DNA from: an uncultured Nitrospiraceae bacterium | GTDB lineage: Bacteria > Nitrospirota > Thermodesulfovibrionia > Thermodesulfovibrionales > Dissulfurispiraceae | Reading direction: 5' to 3' | Assembly: GCA_963727805.1 (NCBI GenBank) | Contig: CAVSHF010000003.1 | Span: 992,001-1,056,000, forward strand | DNA: 64,000 nucleotides | Shown here: piece by piece, positions 19,574-30,260 of the stretch | Numbering within the stretch: the stretch's first letter is position 1 | How the letters are laid out: each line of letters begins with the position of its first letter | Notes under the pieces: model-generated | What the model saw: the letters and a program-made list of their open reading frames with translations, nothing else | Database searches by the model: none | Told to the model about the DNA's origin: nothing | Translations under genes and position numbers: made by a program

Positions 19574-20128
19574 TCAATGGATCTTTATTTTATCAAATTC
19601 ACAACGAAAATGCTCAAGTGTTTCTTCATCAACGATGCAAATTTCGACAAGCTGCAATGAAGAGCCTTGATTCATTTGAAGATATTTTAAAGCCTGATAA
19701 ACAAGGATTCCGGCGCACCGGTCCTTGGGAAATCCGAAGATACCTGAACTGATTGCGGGGAGAGAGATACTTTTAAGGCCTTCTTCTGATGCGAGCACAA
19801 GACTGCTCAGAACAGCATTCTCGAGCTTGCTATCTTCGTCTCCTTCACCCATCCTTGGTCCGACAGCGTGAATGACATATCGAGCAGGGAGTCTGCCGGC
19901 TGTCGTAATCGCGGCCTGCCCCACTGGAACGTAGCCTATTTTGTTGCTCTCATCCTGGATTATCTGTCCGCCATTTCTCACGATAGCGCCTGCGACTCCT
20001 CCACCATGCTGCAGGTGAGAATTGGCAGCATTCACAATAGCATCAACCTCGCGAGAGGTGATATCTCCAAGGACAAGCCTCAAGATTTTATCGCTGAGCT
20101 TTATTTCAGAAACGATCTTCACAACCAT
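19574..20128 (-). CDS. Macro domain protein (ADP-ribose deacylase/hydrolase, YmdB-like)
   Basis: GDIT..VDAIVNAANSHLQHGGGVAGAI, VIHAVGP and PAISSGIFGFP motifs. Confidence 0.92.
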   Translation of the reverse strand: MVVKIVSEIKLSDKILRLVLGDITSREVDAIVNAANSHLQHGGGVAGAIVRNGGQIIQDESNKIGYVPVGQAAITTAGRLPARYVIHAVGPRMGEGDEDSKLENAVLSSLVLASEEGLKSISLPAISSGIFGFPKDRCAGILVYQALKYLQMNQGSSLQLVEICIVDEETLEHFRCEFDKIKIH

Positions 20129-20221
20129 TAAAAATATACAGGAAGCTGCCCAAAAGTCAATGAAGGCCTTCCAAATAAGATAAAACTTTCACTTCCCGTA
20201 AGATACATGTAAAATAGATGG

Positions 20222-21439
20222 ATGAAAACAGCTTATTTTGAATGTCCAGCAGGTATCAGCGGCGATATGTGTCTCGGGGCCCTCGTCGATGCCGGAGCGA
20301 GTCTCTCCGCAATAAAACGTTCATTGAAAAAAATCCCGATAGCCGGTTATACACTTTCTTCCAGAAAGGTTATACGCGCTGGTATTTCAGCCACGAAGGT
20401 CGATATCAAAATAAAAAAGCCAGTGGTAAATGCGTATCTGGATACGCCAATTCATAACGAACAAGCACGCAGATGGAAGGATATTCAAAACATTATCAGA
20501 AAGTCTATCCTGCCCGAAAAAATAAAAAATAAAGGACTCATTATCTTTAAAGAACTCTTCGAAGCCGAGGGCAAGGTGCATGGGAAACCCTTCGATTCGA
20601 TACACCTTCATGAACTCGGGGCCACGGACTGTATAGTAGACATTTTCGGAACCTTGATCAGTTTGGACTTTCTTGGTATTGAAAAGGTAATCGCCTCGCC
20701 AGTCAATCTCGGTCAGGGTACCATAAATACGGCACACGGCTTACTTCCTGTGCCTGCACCCGCAACCATTGAATTACTCAGGGGATACCCTGTTTACTCT
20801 TCTGAAATACCTTTTGAGCTCACTACTCCTACCGGAGCCGTCATTTTAAAGACTCTTGCATCGTCATGTGTGTCGTTTCCCCGAATCACCGTCGAAACGA
20901 TTGGGTATGGCGCAGGCAACAGGGATATCACGGCCATGCCGAATGTTCTCAGACTGATGATCGGTGAAGAATACACGGTAAACAACAAGCCAATATCGCC
21001 AGCATCTGAGAATTCGGTCATAATTCTAGAAACTAATATAGACGATATGAATCCTCAATATTTTGAGTGTGTGATGAACAGGCTTTTTGTCGCTGGCGCC
21101 CTCGATGTGTTTCTCGAAAACATAATCATGAAAAAAAGCCGTCCTGGCATCAAACTAACAGCAATCGTCAGGGAACATGATGTCGATAAAATGGCAGATA
21201 TTTTATTTAACGAGACCACAACAATCGGAATACGCATTTATAGGGCTGACAGAAAGATTCTTGAAAGGGAAGTGAAACGGATAAAGACACGATACGGCTT
21301 CGTAAGGGTTAAAGTCTCCCGTTTAAAGGGGAAAATTGTAACAACCACCCCTGAATACGAAGACATCAAGGCTATTTCAGAGAAAACAAATACTCCGATA
21401 AAGAATATCGCTGAGGAAGTCACGAGCTGCAAATCCTGA
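20222..21439 (+). CDS. larC: Nickel pincer cofactor biosynthesis protein LarC
   Basis: GISGDMCLGAL, IHLHELGATDCIVD, ELTTPTGA, ETNIDDMNP and PEYED motifs. Confidence 0.92.
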   Translation: MKTAYFECPAGISGDMCLGALVDAGASLSAIKRSLKKIPIAGYTLSSRKVIRAGISATKVDIKIKKPVVNAYLDTPIHNEQARRWKDIQNIIRKSILPEKIKNKGLIIFKELFEAEGKVHGKPFDSIHLHELGATDCIVDIFGTLISLDFLGIEKVIASPVNLGQGTINTAHGLLPVPAPATIELLRGYPVYSSEIPFELTTPTGAVILKTLASSCVSFPRITVETIGYGAGNRDITAMPNVLRLMIGEEYTVNNKPISPASENSVIILETNIDDMNPQYFECVMNRLFVAGALDVFLENIIMKKSRPGIKLTAIVREHDVDKMADILFNETTTIGIRIYRADRKILEREVKRIKTRYGFVRVKVSRLKGKIVTTTPEYEDIKAISEKTNTPIKNIAEEVTSCKS

Positions 21440-21558
21440 TAATACTCTAATCTTATCATTAGCATTTTCATTCAGCCTCCTTATTTGAGAAAAGATCTTC
21501 TTTTCTGGTAATCTTTTCATTAATATCTTTTCTCATTCACTACGGATACGGAGCTACC

Positions 21559-23136
21559 ATGTTAAAAACTGATACGTTAAAAAAAGTACTGCTTTCAGGC
21601 AACGAAGCGATAGGACGGGGTGCAATCGAGGCTGGCATCTCGTTTGCGATCAGTTATCCCGGCACGCCGGCCACTGAAATTCTCGAGTATCTCGCTAAGA
21701 AATTTACTGGTGGGGCCGAATGGGCGATCAACGAAAAAATTGCACTTGAAACAGCTATAGGCGCATCATATGCTGGCAAAAGGGCACTCTGCTCGATGAA
21801 ACATGTCGGGCTGAATGTTGCGGCTGATCCCCTGATGACTGCCGCCTATCTCGGCATACGGGGCGGCCTGGTGCTTGTTGTTGCGGACGATCCCGGCGCC
21901 TACTCTTCCCAAAACGAGCAGGATTCACGCATTTACGCTCAATTCGCCAAGATACCATGCCTCGAGCCCGCCGATGCACAGGAAGCGAAGGATATGGTGA
22001 TAGCGGCGTTTGAACTATCTGAAAAGATTGAACTCCCAGTCATGGTGCGAACCCTCACACGGGTATCACATGCATCTTCTCCTGTCACAATTAACAAACC
22101 TCGTCAGCAGAACGCCCTGTCCATCGAGAAAAATCCCGAGCGTCTTCTTGCCGTGCCGAGCAATGTCGTGAGATTGCATAAGGTGCTTAATGAAAAGCAG
22201 GATATGCTGGTCGCATGGGCCGGAAGTTCCGGATTAAACAAGATCGTTAAGAATGGCCAGAAAAAGGGAATCATCGCCTGCGGTGTGACCTCCATGTATG
22301 CACAGGAATATGGCAATGACTTTGCTCTTATGAAGATAGCCACTTACCCATTCCCCGAAAATATGATCGAGGCATTTGTCAAGGGATTGGAAGAGGTATG
22401 GGTACTGGAGGAAGGTGAGCCCATCGTCGAGGAACTTGCCCTGAAATACTTCCCCCGGGTAAAAGGCAAAATCTCCGGTGATTTGAGCCGTGAAGGCGAG
22501 CTTGGTCCCGACGCTCTCGCTCCCTATGTCTGGAAAGTTCCTCCCATGGGACTCGACATGCCCGATCTGCTTAAAAGACCACCGGTTATGTGTCCTGGGT
22601 GCCCACACAGGGAATTTTATAAATCCCTGGTTGCTGCCGGCCCATCGTTTACCGCGGGAGATATCGGCTGTTATACGCTCGGGGCTAGCCCTCCCCTGAA
22701 GGCATTAGACACCTGCTTGTGCATGGGAGCGAGCATCAGTAAAGCAGCGGGGATCGCCAAGCAGGGAGTGAAACGTGTGGCGGCGGTCATCGGCGATTCC
22801 ACATTTCTCCATTCAGGGATACCAGCCCTGATCAGCGCTGTATACAACAGGGCCAATATATTAGTCATTGTCATGGACAATGCGTCGACGGCAATGACTG
22901 GCCATCAACCGACTCCGCTGACCGGAATAACCGCAAAGGGCGAAGAGGGAGGAAAGGTCTCTCTTGATGAACTCTGCCGGGCCTGTGGCGTAACTTCCCT
23001 TGAAGTCGTCGATCCGTTTAACCATGAATCGACTGAGAAGTTGATCAGAGAAAAACTCGATGCCGACGGTGTAAACATTATAATTTCCCGCAGGCCTTGC
23101 GTGCTTATTGCGGGGAAGACCAAGAAGAAAAGCTAA
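21559..23136 (+). CDS. iorA: Indolepyruvate:ferredoxin oxidoreductase alpha subunit (no C-terminal ferredoxin domain)
   Basis: SYPGTPATE, MKHVGLNVAAD, SSQNEQDSR, RPPVMCPGCPH, GDIGCY and GDSTFLHSG motifs. Confidence 0.88.
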   Translation: MLKTDTLKKVLLSGNEAIGRGAIEAGISFAISYPGTPATEILEYLAKKFTGGAEWAINEKIALETAIGASYAGKRALCSMKHVGLNVAADPLMTAAYLGIRGGLVLVVADDPGAYSSQNEQDSRIYAQFAKIPCLEPADAQEAKDMVIAAFELSEKIELPVMVRTLTRVSHASSPVTINKPRQQNALSIEKNPERLLAVPSNVVRLHKVLNEKQDMLVAWAGSSGLNKIVKNGQKKGIIACGVTSMYAQEYGNDFALMKIATYPFPENMIEAFVKGLEEVWVLEEGEPIVEELALKYFPRVKGKISGDLSREGELGPDALAPYVWKVPPMGLDMPDLLKRPPVMCPGCPHREFYKSLVAAGPSFTAGDIGCYTLGASPPLKALDTCLCMGASISKAAGIAKQGVKRVAAVIGDSTFLHSGIPALISAVYNRANILVIVMDNASTAMTGHQPTPLTGITAKGEEGGKVSLDELCRACGVTSLEVVDPFNHESTEKLIREKLDADGVNIIISRRPCVLIAGKTKKKS

Positions 23137-23216
23137 TCTGATGAATCCAGGGTATGCTGCAGTACATTTATAGTGTCAGCATTGAAAGAAGTGCTTTAGT
23201 CCCTTAAAATACTTCC

Positions 23217-24221
23217 ATGATAAAGAAAATTAAAACAAAAGACTTGCGCGTTGGCATGCATGTCATAATACCCGCGTCATGGTTAAACCATCCCTTTGCG
23301 AAAGGCCAGTTCGATATTAAATCGAAGGATCAAATAAAAAACATTATCGATAGCGGGTTTGACGAGGTCAAGATAGATACCTCTAAGACAGTAGCTGTAG
23401 TCGATACTGAGAACAAAGACCATGGTGACAAGGATATGATTCCCCCACAAAATTGGGCATCTGGGAAACTGGTCCCTCCGGAGCTGCTGGAAGCAATCCA
23501 TGATAAAAATATGCTCCCCGGGAAAAAAGCAGATGTAGTCTATAAGTCTTCAATTGAACTCATGGGTAGACTCTTAGATGACCCGAAAGCTGAAAACATA
23601 AGGGAGGCCAAGAAGGGGATAGCCGACATCGTCGATATGGTCTTTTCCCAGGATGATACTTCCTACTATTTGCTCAAGATAACGTCCCATGACTTTTATA
23701 CGTACACTCACTCAGTCAACGTAGGCATTTTCGGAATAATGCTGGCCAAGAATCTCTTCAAAAACTCCAATGCTCATAACATGCATGAACTTGGGGCCGG
23801 TTTCTTTTTGCATGACCTTGGCAAGGTACGCGTCGATCCGGCGATTATCAACAAGCCAGGGAGACTTACCGAGGAAGAAATGAGACAGATGAAGACCCAT
23901 CCATACCAGAGTTATAAAATATTGCAAGAGACGAATCAACTATCTGAGGAGTGCGGCATCATCGCTATGCAGCACCACGAACGGGAAGACGGCTCCGGAT
24001 ATCCAAGAGGGCTCAAGGGCAATCAAATCCACACCTATGGACGCGTATGTTGTATTGCCGATGTGTATGATGCTCTGACTGCAGAACGTTCATACAAAAC
24101 CAAATTATCTTCTTTTGAAGCTCTGAAATTAATGAAAGAGAAAATGCTTAACCATTTTCACCAAGAGATTTTCGAGAAGTTTGTCTTGTTGTTTAGTGAG
24201 GCACAGATTAAACATTCGTAG
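23217..24221 (+). CDS. HD-GYP phosphodiesterase with N-terminal DUF3391-like domain
   Basis: DLRVGMHV..WLNHPF N-terminus; YTYTHSVNV, LHDLGK and HHEREDGSGYP motifs. Confidence 0.9.
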   Translation: MIKKIKTKDLRVGMHVIIPASWLNHPFAKGQFDIKSKDQIKNIIDSGFDEVKIDTSKTVAVVDTENKDHGDKDMIPPQNWASGKLVPPELLEAIHDKNMLPGKKADVVYKSSIELMGRLLDDPKAENIREAKKGIADIVDMVFSQDDTSYYLLKITSHDFYTYTHSVNVGIFGIMLAKNLFKNSNAHNMHELGAGFFLHDLGKVRVDPAIINKPGRLTEEEMRQMKTHPYQSYKILQETNQLSEECGIIAMQHHEREDGSGYPRGLKGNQIHTYGRVCCIADVYDALTAERSYKTKLSSFEALKLMKEKMLNHFHQEIFEKFVLLFSEAQIKHS

Positions 24222-24286
24222 GAGTCTGTCGTCAGTACAGTCTTTGCTGCTCCATCCATTATGACACGGCTAAGATCCGATAGGTG

Positions 24287-25345
24287 CTAGCTTTCCAATA
24301 TGTCCCGATATCGGTAATACGCCGCGCAACTGCCCTCCGAACTGACCATGCAGGCACCTACCGGCTTATCGGGATTGCAGACTTTCGCAAAAAGAGGACA
24401 CTCAGAAGGCATCTTTATTCCCCTCAGCACAAGACCGCACATGCAGCCCTTCGGCTCAGCGATGTCCGGAACTTCCAGATCAAAAACCACTTCTGCATTC
24501 CTGTGCTGCCACCTATCCCTCAGCCTTAGTCCACTACCAGGTATCATCCCGATACCACGCCAGTAACTATCAGAGATCTCAAAAAAATCATCGATGAATC
24601 GTATTGCCTTCGGGTTGCCTTCTTCTTTTACGACACTTTTATATTCGACCTCGACAGAAACCTTTCCTTCTATCATTTGTTTTAATAACATGGCTATGCC
24701 GCTCAAGATATCGTTGGCTTCAAACCCAGTAACCGCACAAGGAATCAAGTATTTTTCAGGAATGAATTTATAAGGACTAGTTCCGATGATAGTACTCACG
24801 TGCCCGGGCAGGATGAAGCCGTCTATCCTGACGTCTTCCGATAGGAGCAGCGCCTCCAGCGCGGGAGGAACTACTTTGTGCACCGAGTAAAGGTAAAAAT
24901 TCGGTATCCCCATCCTCTCGGCCTCGGAGACGGTTGCTGCCGTTGATGGTGAGGTCGTCTCGAATCCTGCTGAGAAGAATACGACCTTCTTGTCTTTGTT
25001 CTCCCTGGCGATCTTCAGCGAATCGAGCGGTGAGTAAACGATTCTTATATCAGCGCCCTCCGCCCTCACTTCCATGAGCGACTGCTTCCCTCCGGGCACC
25101 CTCATCATATCGCCGAATGTAGTCAATATGGCACCGTCCTTTTTTGCAATGGCGATCGCAGTATCGATATCTTTTATCGATGTCACGCAGACCGGACAGC
25201 CAGGCCCGCTCAGCAATCTCAGGCCCTCCGGCAGGAGGCTCCTGATGCCATGCCGGAAGATGGCCACGGTATGGGTACCGCAGACTTCCATAAAGTTAAC
25301 AGGCCTACCGATATGGCTGAACAAGTTCTTAATTATATCGATCAA
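24287..25345 (-). CDS. hypD: Hydrogenase maturation protein HypD
   Basis: MEVCGTHT, GPGCPVC, GFETT, PGHVS and CMVSSEGSCAAYY motifs. Confidence 0.97.
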   Translation of the reverse strand: MIDIIKNLFSHIGRPVNFMEVCGTHTVAIFRHGIRSLLPEGLRLLSGPGCPVCVTSIKDIDTAIAIAKKDGAILTTFGDMMRVPGGKQSLMEVRAEGADIRIVYSPLDSLKIARENKDKKVVFFSAGFETTSPSTAATVSEAERMGIPNFYLYSVHKVVPPALEALLLSEDVRIDGFILPGHVSTIIGTSPYKFIPEKYLIPCAVTGFEANDILSGIAMLLKQMIEGKVSVEVEYKSVVKEEGNPKAIRFIDDFFEISDSYWRGIGMIPGSGLRLRDRWQHRNAEVVFDLEVPDIAEPKGCMCGLVLRGIKMPSECPLFAKVCNPDKPVGACMVSSEGSCAAYYRYRDILES

Positions 25346-25360
25346 GTCTCAATTCCCCTC

Positions 25361-26605
25361 CTAAAAAAGATTTACTGTCACACTCTCACCATGGTCAAGA
25401 CCCAGTTTATTGCTAGGGATAGCAACAACACCATCAGCCTTCACCAGAGTGGTAATTAATCCCGATTTTCCCAGAATTGGGAAGGCGATATATTTACCAT
25501 CCCGCACTTCAACGTAAACGCGAATATGGTCTTCCCTCCCCGCTGCAGAAGCAATGCCTTTCGCCATCGTTGCTGTGAGGGTTTTGCGAAAATCTTTTTC
25601 TTCGTTGATTCCGGATAGCCTTCTTATAATCGGCTTGATGAAAAGATCGAAGCAAACGACGGCCGCTGCAGGATGCCCGGGAAGCCCCAGCACCGTTTTT
25701 GTATCGATGATCCCACCGATCAACGGTTTCCCTGGTTTGAGCGCAACGCCGTGAAAGAGAACACCAGGCTTTCCAATATCATCGATAATCTGGGCTGTCG
25801 TATCCTTCGTCCCCACCGAAGTCCCCCCGATAATCAGAACCATATCGGAAGATTCCAGCGAAGAAAGTACCGCGTTCCGTATAATGTCGTACTTATCCCT
25901 GAAAATACCTTTCTTCAGCGGTATTCCGCCCTCCTCTGCAATAAGACCTGCAAGTGTGAAAGAATTGATGTCCCTCACCTGTCCGGGATTCACCTGAGAG
26001 GCAGGAGGGACGATCTCATCACCGGTTGATATCAGAGATACCGAAGGCTTCCTGAATATCTCAGCCTCTGCTATACCTATACCTGCCAGGGCCCCAATAT
26101 CCTGTGCCCTTAGCCGATGACCTTTGCGAATGACTACCGATCCCTTTCTGATATCTTCGTCACGCTGTATCACATTTTCACCTGGGGATACTGGCCTCAA
26201 GACCTCTACCATCGAATCAGAGACAACCTGAGCATGCTCCAGCATAACTACCGCATCGGCACCAATCGGGATCATTCCACCTGTAGGCATTTTGGCGGCT
26301 TCGCCAGCCACAATTTCAAAGATCGGTCTTTCCCCCATGAATACTTCATTGTTAACGTTAATGTATGCTGGAAAAGTCTCTTTCGCACCGTAGGTATCGG
26401 CAGACCTAACTGCATAGCCATCCACTGTAGACCGTGCAAAGCCCGGAAGGTCTTCTCGCGAAATAATATCCGACGCCGCAATCCTGCCATAACATTCTTC
26501 GATCTTCAATCGTTCGGGAGCCCCGGTAATGGTATGATTCGGCGGCAACAATTCAAGGATCATCATTAGCGCATCAGACGGAGAGAGATAATTCTTATCG
26601 AACAT
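25361..26605 (-). CDS. moeA: Molybdopterin molybdotransferase MoeA
   Basis: RSTVDGYAV, TGGMIPIGADAVVMLE, STGDE, GGTSVG, KPGKP and GLPGHP motifs. Confidence 0.93.
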   Translation of the reverse strand: MFDKNYLSPSDALMMILELLPPNHTITGAPERLKIEECYGRIAASDIISREDLPGFARSTVDGYAVRSADTYGAKETFPAYINVNNEVFMGERPIFEIVAGEAAKMPTGGMIPIGADAVVMLEHAQVVSDSMVEVLRPVSPGENVIQRDEDIRKGSVVIRKGHRLRAQDIGALAGIGIAEAEIFRKPSVSLISTGDEIVPPASQVNPGQVRDINSFTLAGLIAEEGGIPLKKGIFRDKYDIIRNAVLSSLESSDMVLIIGGTSVGTKDTTAQIIDDIGKPGVLFHGVALKPGKPLIGGIIDTKTVLGLPGHPAAAVVCFDLFIKPIIRRLSGINEEKDFRKTLTATMAKGIASAAGREDHIRVYVEVRDGKYIAFPILGKSGLITTLVKADGVVAIPSNKLGLDHGESVTVNLF

Positions 26606-26694
26606 GGTATCGATACGTCCAGCTCAGGTGGTCAAAAAAAAGGATTTGTAGGGGTTCTCTATTAAGAAGTTAATTGACAATGACTGTGGCACGC

Positions 26695-27378
26695 TCACAG
26701 CGGGCTCTTTTTGACAGCAGCCGCTTCACTACCGTTCCTGAGGATATCAAGCATCCGGAGGATGGAATCTTTATGGAGACTCTCGATCTGTTTCTTATTT
26801 ATCCCTCTCTTTCTTTTCTTGTTCAGAAAAGAAAGGAAGACAATCGATTTATATATTCTTTTGTTGGTCTTAAAAGAGAAGAGAAAGCTCTCAACTGAGC
26901 CCTCGAGAAACAGCTCATGTCTCTTTTTCATTGTTTTGCTCATCGTGACGTATTGCAGCCAGTAAACCTTATCGATAACACTGTCTGCTTTCAGCTCCAC
27001 CCATGTATGTCCCATGTCTTTCATGTCCTCAGTCAGAGTTTCATGGGCAACGGTATCGGCGGCCAAATGACTCAGGTATCCGTAGACAAACGCTTTTTCC
27101 GGGCCTCTCTTTGCTTGTTCAAGCATATTGAAAGCCAGTTCCCAACTGTGTGAACTCTTGTCATCTGGAAGATATTTCTTCCCCAATATAGTATCAGCCA
27201 TAAGATTACCATAAAGAAAATCCTGTCGGTATTTACGCAGGAGCGCCATGACACCTGCGGGGATGAGAGGGGCAAAAGAAAAGATTTCGTTTCCAAGATA
27301 CATATGCGTCATTGGTCCCCACGCAAAGGCAAAAGAAGGCACGATGAGAACAGCAATAAAGGTCATGATAAATAGCAC
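26695..27378 (-). CDS. Zinc-dependent phospholipase C family protein
   Basis: Signal peptide followed by WGPMTH; GYLSHLAADTVAH; HTWVE. Confidence 0.8.
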   Translation of the reverse strand: MLFIMTFIAVLIVPSFAFAWGPMTHMYLGNEIFSFAPLIPAGVMALLRKYRQDFLYGNLMADTILGKKYLPDDKSSHSWELAFNMLEQAKRGPEKAFVYGYLSHLAADTVAHETLTEDMKDMGHTWVELKADSVIDKVYWLQYVTMSKTMKKRHELFLEGSVESFLFSFKTNKRIYKSIVFLSFLNKKRKRGINKKQIESLHKDSILRMLDILRNGSEAAAVKKSPL

Positions 27379-27380
27379 GG

Positions 27381-28859
27381 TTATGACTCCTTTAAAAAAT
27401 TCAGCAGCAGTCTGACTCCGACACCTGAAGCACCTTTGGGTGAGTAAGGCCTTTCGTTGTCATTCCAGGCTGCGCCAGCGATATCGAGATGAACCCATGG
27501 GGTTTCACCAACAAATTCTCTGAGAAAGCACGCCGAGGATGAAAGCGCCCCTTTTCTGCCCCCCACATTCTTGACATCCGCGATATCACTCTTCAAGTAA
27601 TCCTTATACTCTTCAAAGAGAGGCATGGGCCACACCCTTTCATAGACCTCTTCTGAAGCTGCCCTCAGCCGGTTCATGAGTACTTTATCAGTACCCATCA
27701 TTGCGATGGCTTCATTGCCGAATGCCATGCTGCATGCTCCCGTAAGTGTGGCAATATCTATGATCGCACCCGGCTTCTTATATTTTATTGCATAACCGAT
27801 GGCATCTGCAAGTGTCAGTCTGCCTTCGGCATCGGTGCTGATGATTTCGACGGTCTTTCCCGTTATCGTCCCGACAACATCCCCCGGCCTCGATGCGCTG
27901 CCCCCAACGAGGTTCTCGACCGCCGGCAGGATTCCGATAACATTTACCGGCAGCTTCATTGTGGATATCGCCTTGAGCACTGAGAGGACGGCAGCACCGC
28001 CTGCCATGTCGTACTTCATCTTTTCCATCCCGTCGCCTGGCTTGATATCAAGCCCTCCACTGTCGAAGGTGACCGACTTGCCGATAAGCACGAGCGGCCT
28101 GCCTTTCCCGCCCTTATATTCGATAATAATGAATTTCGGCGGCTCGTTGGAACCTTTTGTTACCGAAAGATAGGCACCCATTTTTTCCTTCTCGATTTCC
28201 CGCCTTTCGAGGATTTGCACAGTTACTCTTTTCCCTATAAGAGACTTTGAAATACTTGCCATGGCAGTCGGTGTCATATCGTTGGAGGGTGTATTGACCA
28301 AATCCCTGGCAAGAAACGTGGCTGAAACGAGGGTCTGAAGCCATACAACAGGAAGCGTCTTGTCGTCATCGAGGACAGTGATTGATGACATAGCTTTCTC
28401 TAGCTTGCCATTGTCATGCGTCGTCTTATATTTCTCGAAACAGTAAATGCCGAGGAGCCCTCCCTCAAGGAAATAGAATATCGGTTGCTGCGCAAAGTGG
28501 ACCTCACCAGGGAGATAAGCGAATATCCTTGTGGACACCGCCACCTTAACCATACCCAGCTCTTTCAATTCTGAGAAGGCTTTTGCTCCCGCCTGCCTGA
28601 TCTTCTCTTGAGAGAGTCCTTGCCTCTTGCCTAAGCCCGTCAGAAGTATTCTTGAGGAATTGATGTTGTTCACAGGAAGCAGCATGTTCTGCCCATGCCT
28701 GCCAATAAAATCTCTGCTGTTAATGCTCCTGGATATGACGCCGTTGACCATAAGGTCGAGGCCCGAATAGCTGTCAGTAGCATAATCCTCGAAGAACGGA
28801 AGGATGAGAATGTCGGCCTCAACCTGCTCTTCCAAGACGTCTCTTATAAAAATATTCAT
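27381..28859 (-). CDS. pepA: Leucyl aminopeptidase (M17)
   Basis: GKSVTFDSGG, MKYDMAG, TDAEGRL and ATLTGA motifs. Confidence 0.95.
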   Translation of the reverse strand: MNIFIRDVLEEQVEADILILPFFEDYATDSYSGLDLMVNGVISRSINSRDFIGRHGQNMLLPVNNINSSRILLTGLGKRQGLSQEKIRQAGAKAFSELKELGMVKVAVSTRIFAYLPGEVHFAQQPIFYFLEGGLLGIYCFEKYKTTHDNGKLEKAMSSITVLDDDKTLPVVWLQTLVSATFLARDLVNTPSNDMTPTAMASISKSLIGKRVTVQILERREIEKEKMGAYLSVTKGSNEPPKFIIIEYKGGKGRPLVLIGKSVTFDSGGLDIKPGDGMEKMKYDMAGGAAVLSVLKAISTMKLPVNVIGILPAVENLVGGSASRPGDVVGTITGKTVEIISTDAEGRLTLADAIGYAIKYKKPGAIIDIATLTGACSMAFGNEAIAMMGTDKVLMNRLRAASEEVYERVWPMPLFEEYKDYLKSDIADVKNVGGRKGALSSSACFLREFVGETPWVHLDIAGAAWNDNERPYSPKGASGVGVRLLLNFLKES

Positions 28860-29473
28860 TCTGTTCGGAGGGGGGGCGTCTTGGCAGTCCTGTTGCAGGT
28901 ATTCATCGCCTTTTCAATGCCGCCGGTTATAATTGACTCAACAGCATCCATAGCTTTTATTATACCATCTTCGATGACCTTTTTTTCTGAGGCCTTGAAG
29001 CGGCGCAGCACATATTCATCGACAGGCATCTCTCTATCTCTTCCGATGCCAATCTTGATTCTGACAAATTTCTTTGTGCCGATTTCCCTAATAATAGACT
29101 CGATGCCTTTGTGTCCGCCCGACGACCCAGCGAGTCTTATCTTCACGACGCCAGGCTCAAGATCGAGGTCATCATGGATAACAATAAAATTACCGACCTC
29201 CCCTTCCCGGATGAGATTAAACTTCTTCAGTACTTTCCTGACGGCAACACCACTTAAATTCATATAGGTGAGTGGTTTAAGCAGTACTACCGGAGTAGCA
29301 TCGATACTGCCTTTTCCGAGGGAATAGCCGTCCCTTACGGCAAGCGGGACACGAAATGCGTCGGAGAGCCTTTCAAGAACCATAAAACCGACATTATGGC
29401 GCGTTGCTGAGTACTTCTCGCCCGGATTGCCAAGGCCGGTAATAATCCACAAATTTGTAGAATCGGTTTGCAT
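28856..29473 (-). CDS. pth: Peptidyl-tRNA hydrolase
   Basis: GLGNPG..Y..TRHNVGF, KPLTYMNLSG, HDDLDL and GGHKG motifs. Confidence 0.96.
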   Translation of the reverse strand: MQTDSTNLWIITGLGNPGEKYSATRHNVGFMVLERLSDAFRVPLAVRDGYSLGKGSIDATPVVLLKPLTYMNLSGVAVRKVLKKFNLIREGEVGNFIVIHDDLDLEPGVVKIRLAGSSGGHKGIESIIREIGTKKFVRIKIGIGRDREMPVDEYVLRRFKASEKKVIEDGIIKAMDAVESIITGGIEKAMNTCNRTAKTPPLRTE

Positions 29474-29496
29474 AAGCAACAGTCGTCTGGGCGCCT

Positions 29497-29540
29497 TAAA
29501 AACGGAAGCTCTGAAGAAGATGCGTTATCTTCAGAGCTTC
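29497..29540 (-). terminator. Hairpin between rplY and pth
   Basis: GAAGCTCTGAAGA..TCTTCAGAGCTTC followed by CGTTTTT on the minus strand. Confidence 0.6.
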
Positions 29541-29558
29541 AACATTTCCGGTAAGGTT

Positions 29559-30206
29559 CTATCCGGCAGCTTCCTCGGTCTTCTTGCCCTTTTTTATGAC
29601 TTCCGGCTCGACAACCTCAACAGCAACCGCTTCAGGTTCCACAACAACTTCCTCCTTGATCGCCGTGACGGTAACGATCATTTTTCCGGGATCCGTGATG
29701 ACCCTGATACCCTCTTCGAGCTTCAGGTCGCTGACATGAATTGTCTGGCCTATTAAGAGATTACTAACATCCACGGTGACATGGCCGGGGATCTTGTCGG
29801 GAAGACACTCAATCTCGATTTCCCTGATGCCGTACTGCAATATACCCTTATCTCTCTTGACTCCTATTGCTTCGCCAGTTGTGACGATATGAACCGCAAT
29901 CTCAATCTCTTCGGTAGCGGATATTTCTTGAAAATCCACATGAAGCAGTTCCCCCAGAAGCGGGTCAACCTGATAATCCTTGACAATAGCCTGCTTCTGC
30001 CCCTCCGGCAAATCGAGGTTCACAAGCACCTGCTCACCGGCAGTCTTGTTGATGAACTGGGACAACTCTTTTGCCGCAATCTGCACCGGCAAAGATGCGC
30101 CCCCCCGGTACACAATTGCAGGTGTATATCCGCTTCGCCTTAGGCTCCGCGCTCCACCTTTGCCTCTCGCCTCTCTTTTTGCTACGTTAAGACTAAATCT
30201 TTCCAT
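29559..30206 (-). CDS. rplY: 50S ribosomal protein L25/Ctc
   Basis: GKGGARSLRR..PAIVY and LLHVDF motifs; conserved prs-rplY-pth order. Confidence 0.95.
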   Translation of the reverse strand: MERFSLNVAKREARGKGGARSLRRSGYTPAIVYRGGASLPVQIAAKELSQFINKTAGEQVLVNLDLPEGQKQAIVKDYQVDPLLGELLHVDFQEISATEEIEIAVHIVTTGEAIGVKRDKGILQYGIREIEIECLPDKIPGHVTVDVSNLLIGQTIHVSDLKLEEGIRVITDPGKMIVTVTAIKEEVVVEPEAVAVEVVEPEVIKKGKKTEEAAG

Positions 30207-30260
30207 AATTCCTCCTCAAATATAGCATCACATGCTTGGTTTTTCTATTTGGTTTTTCTA

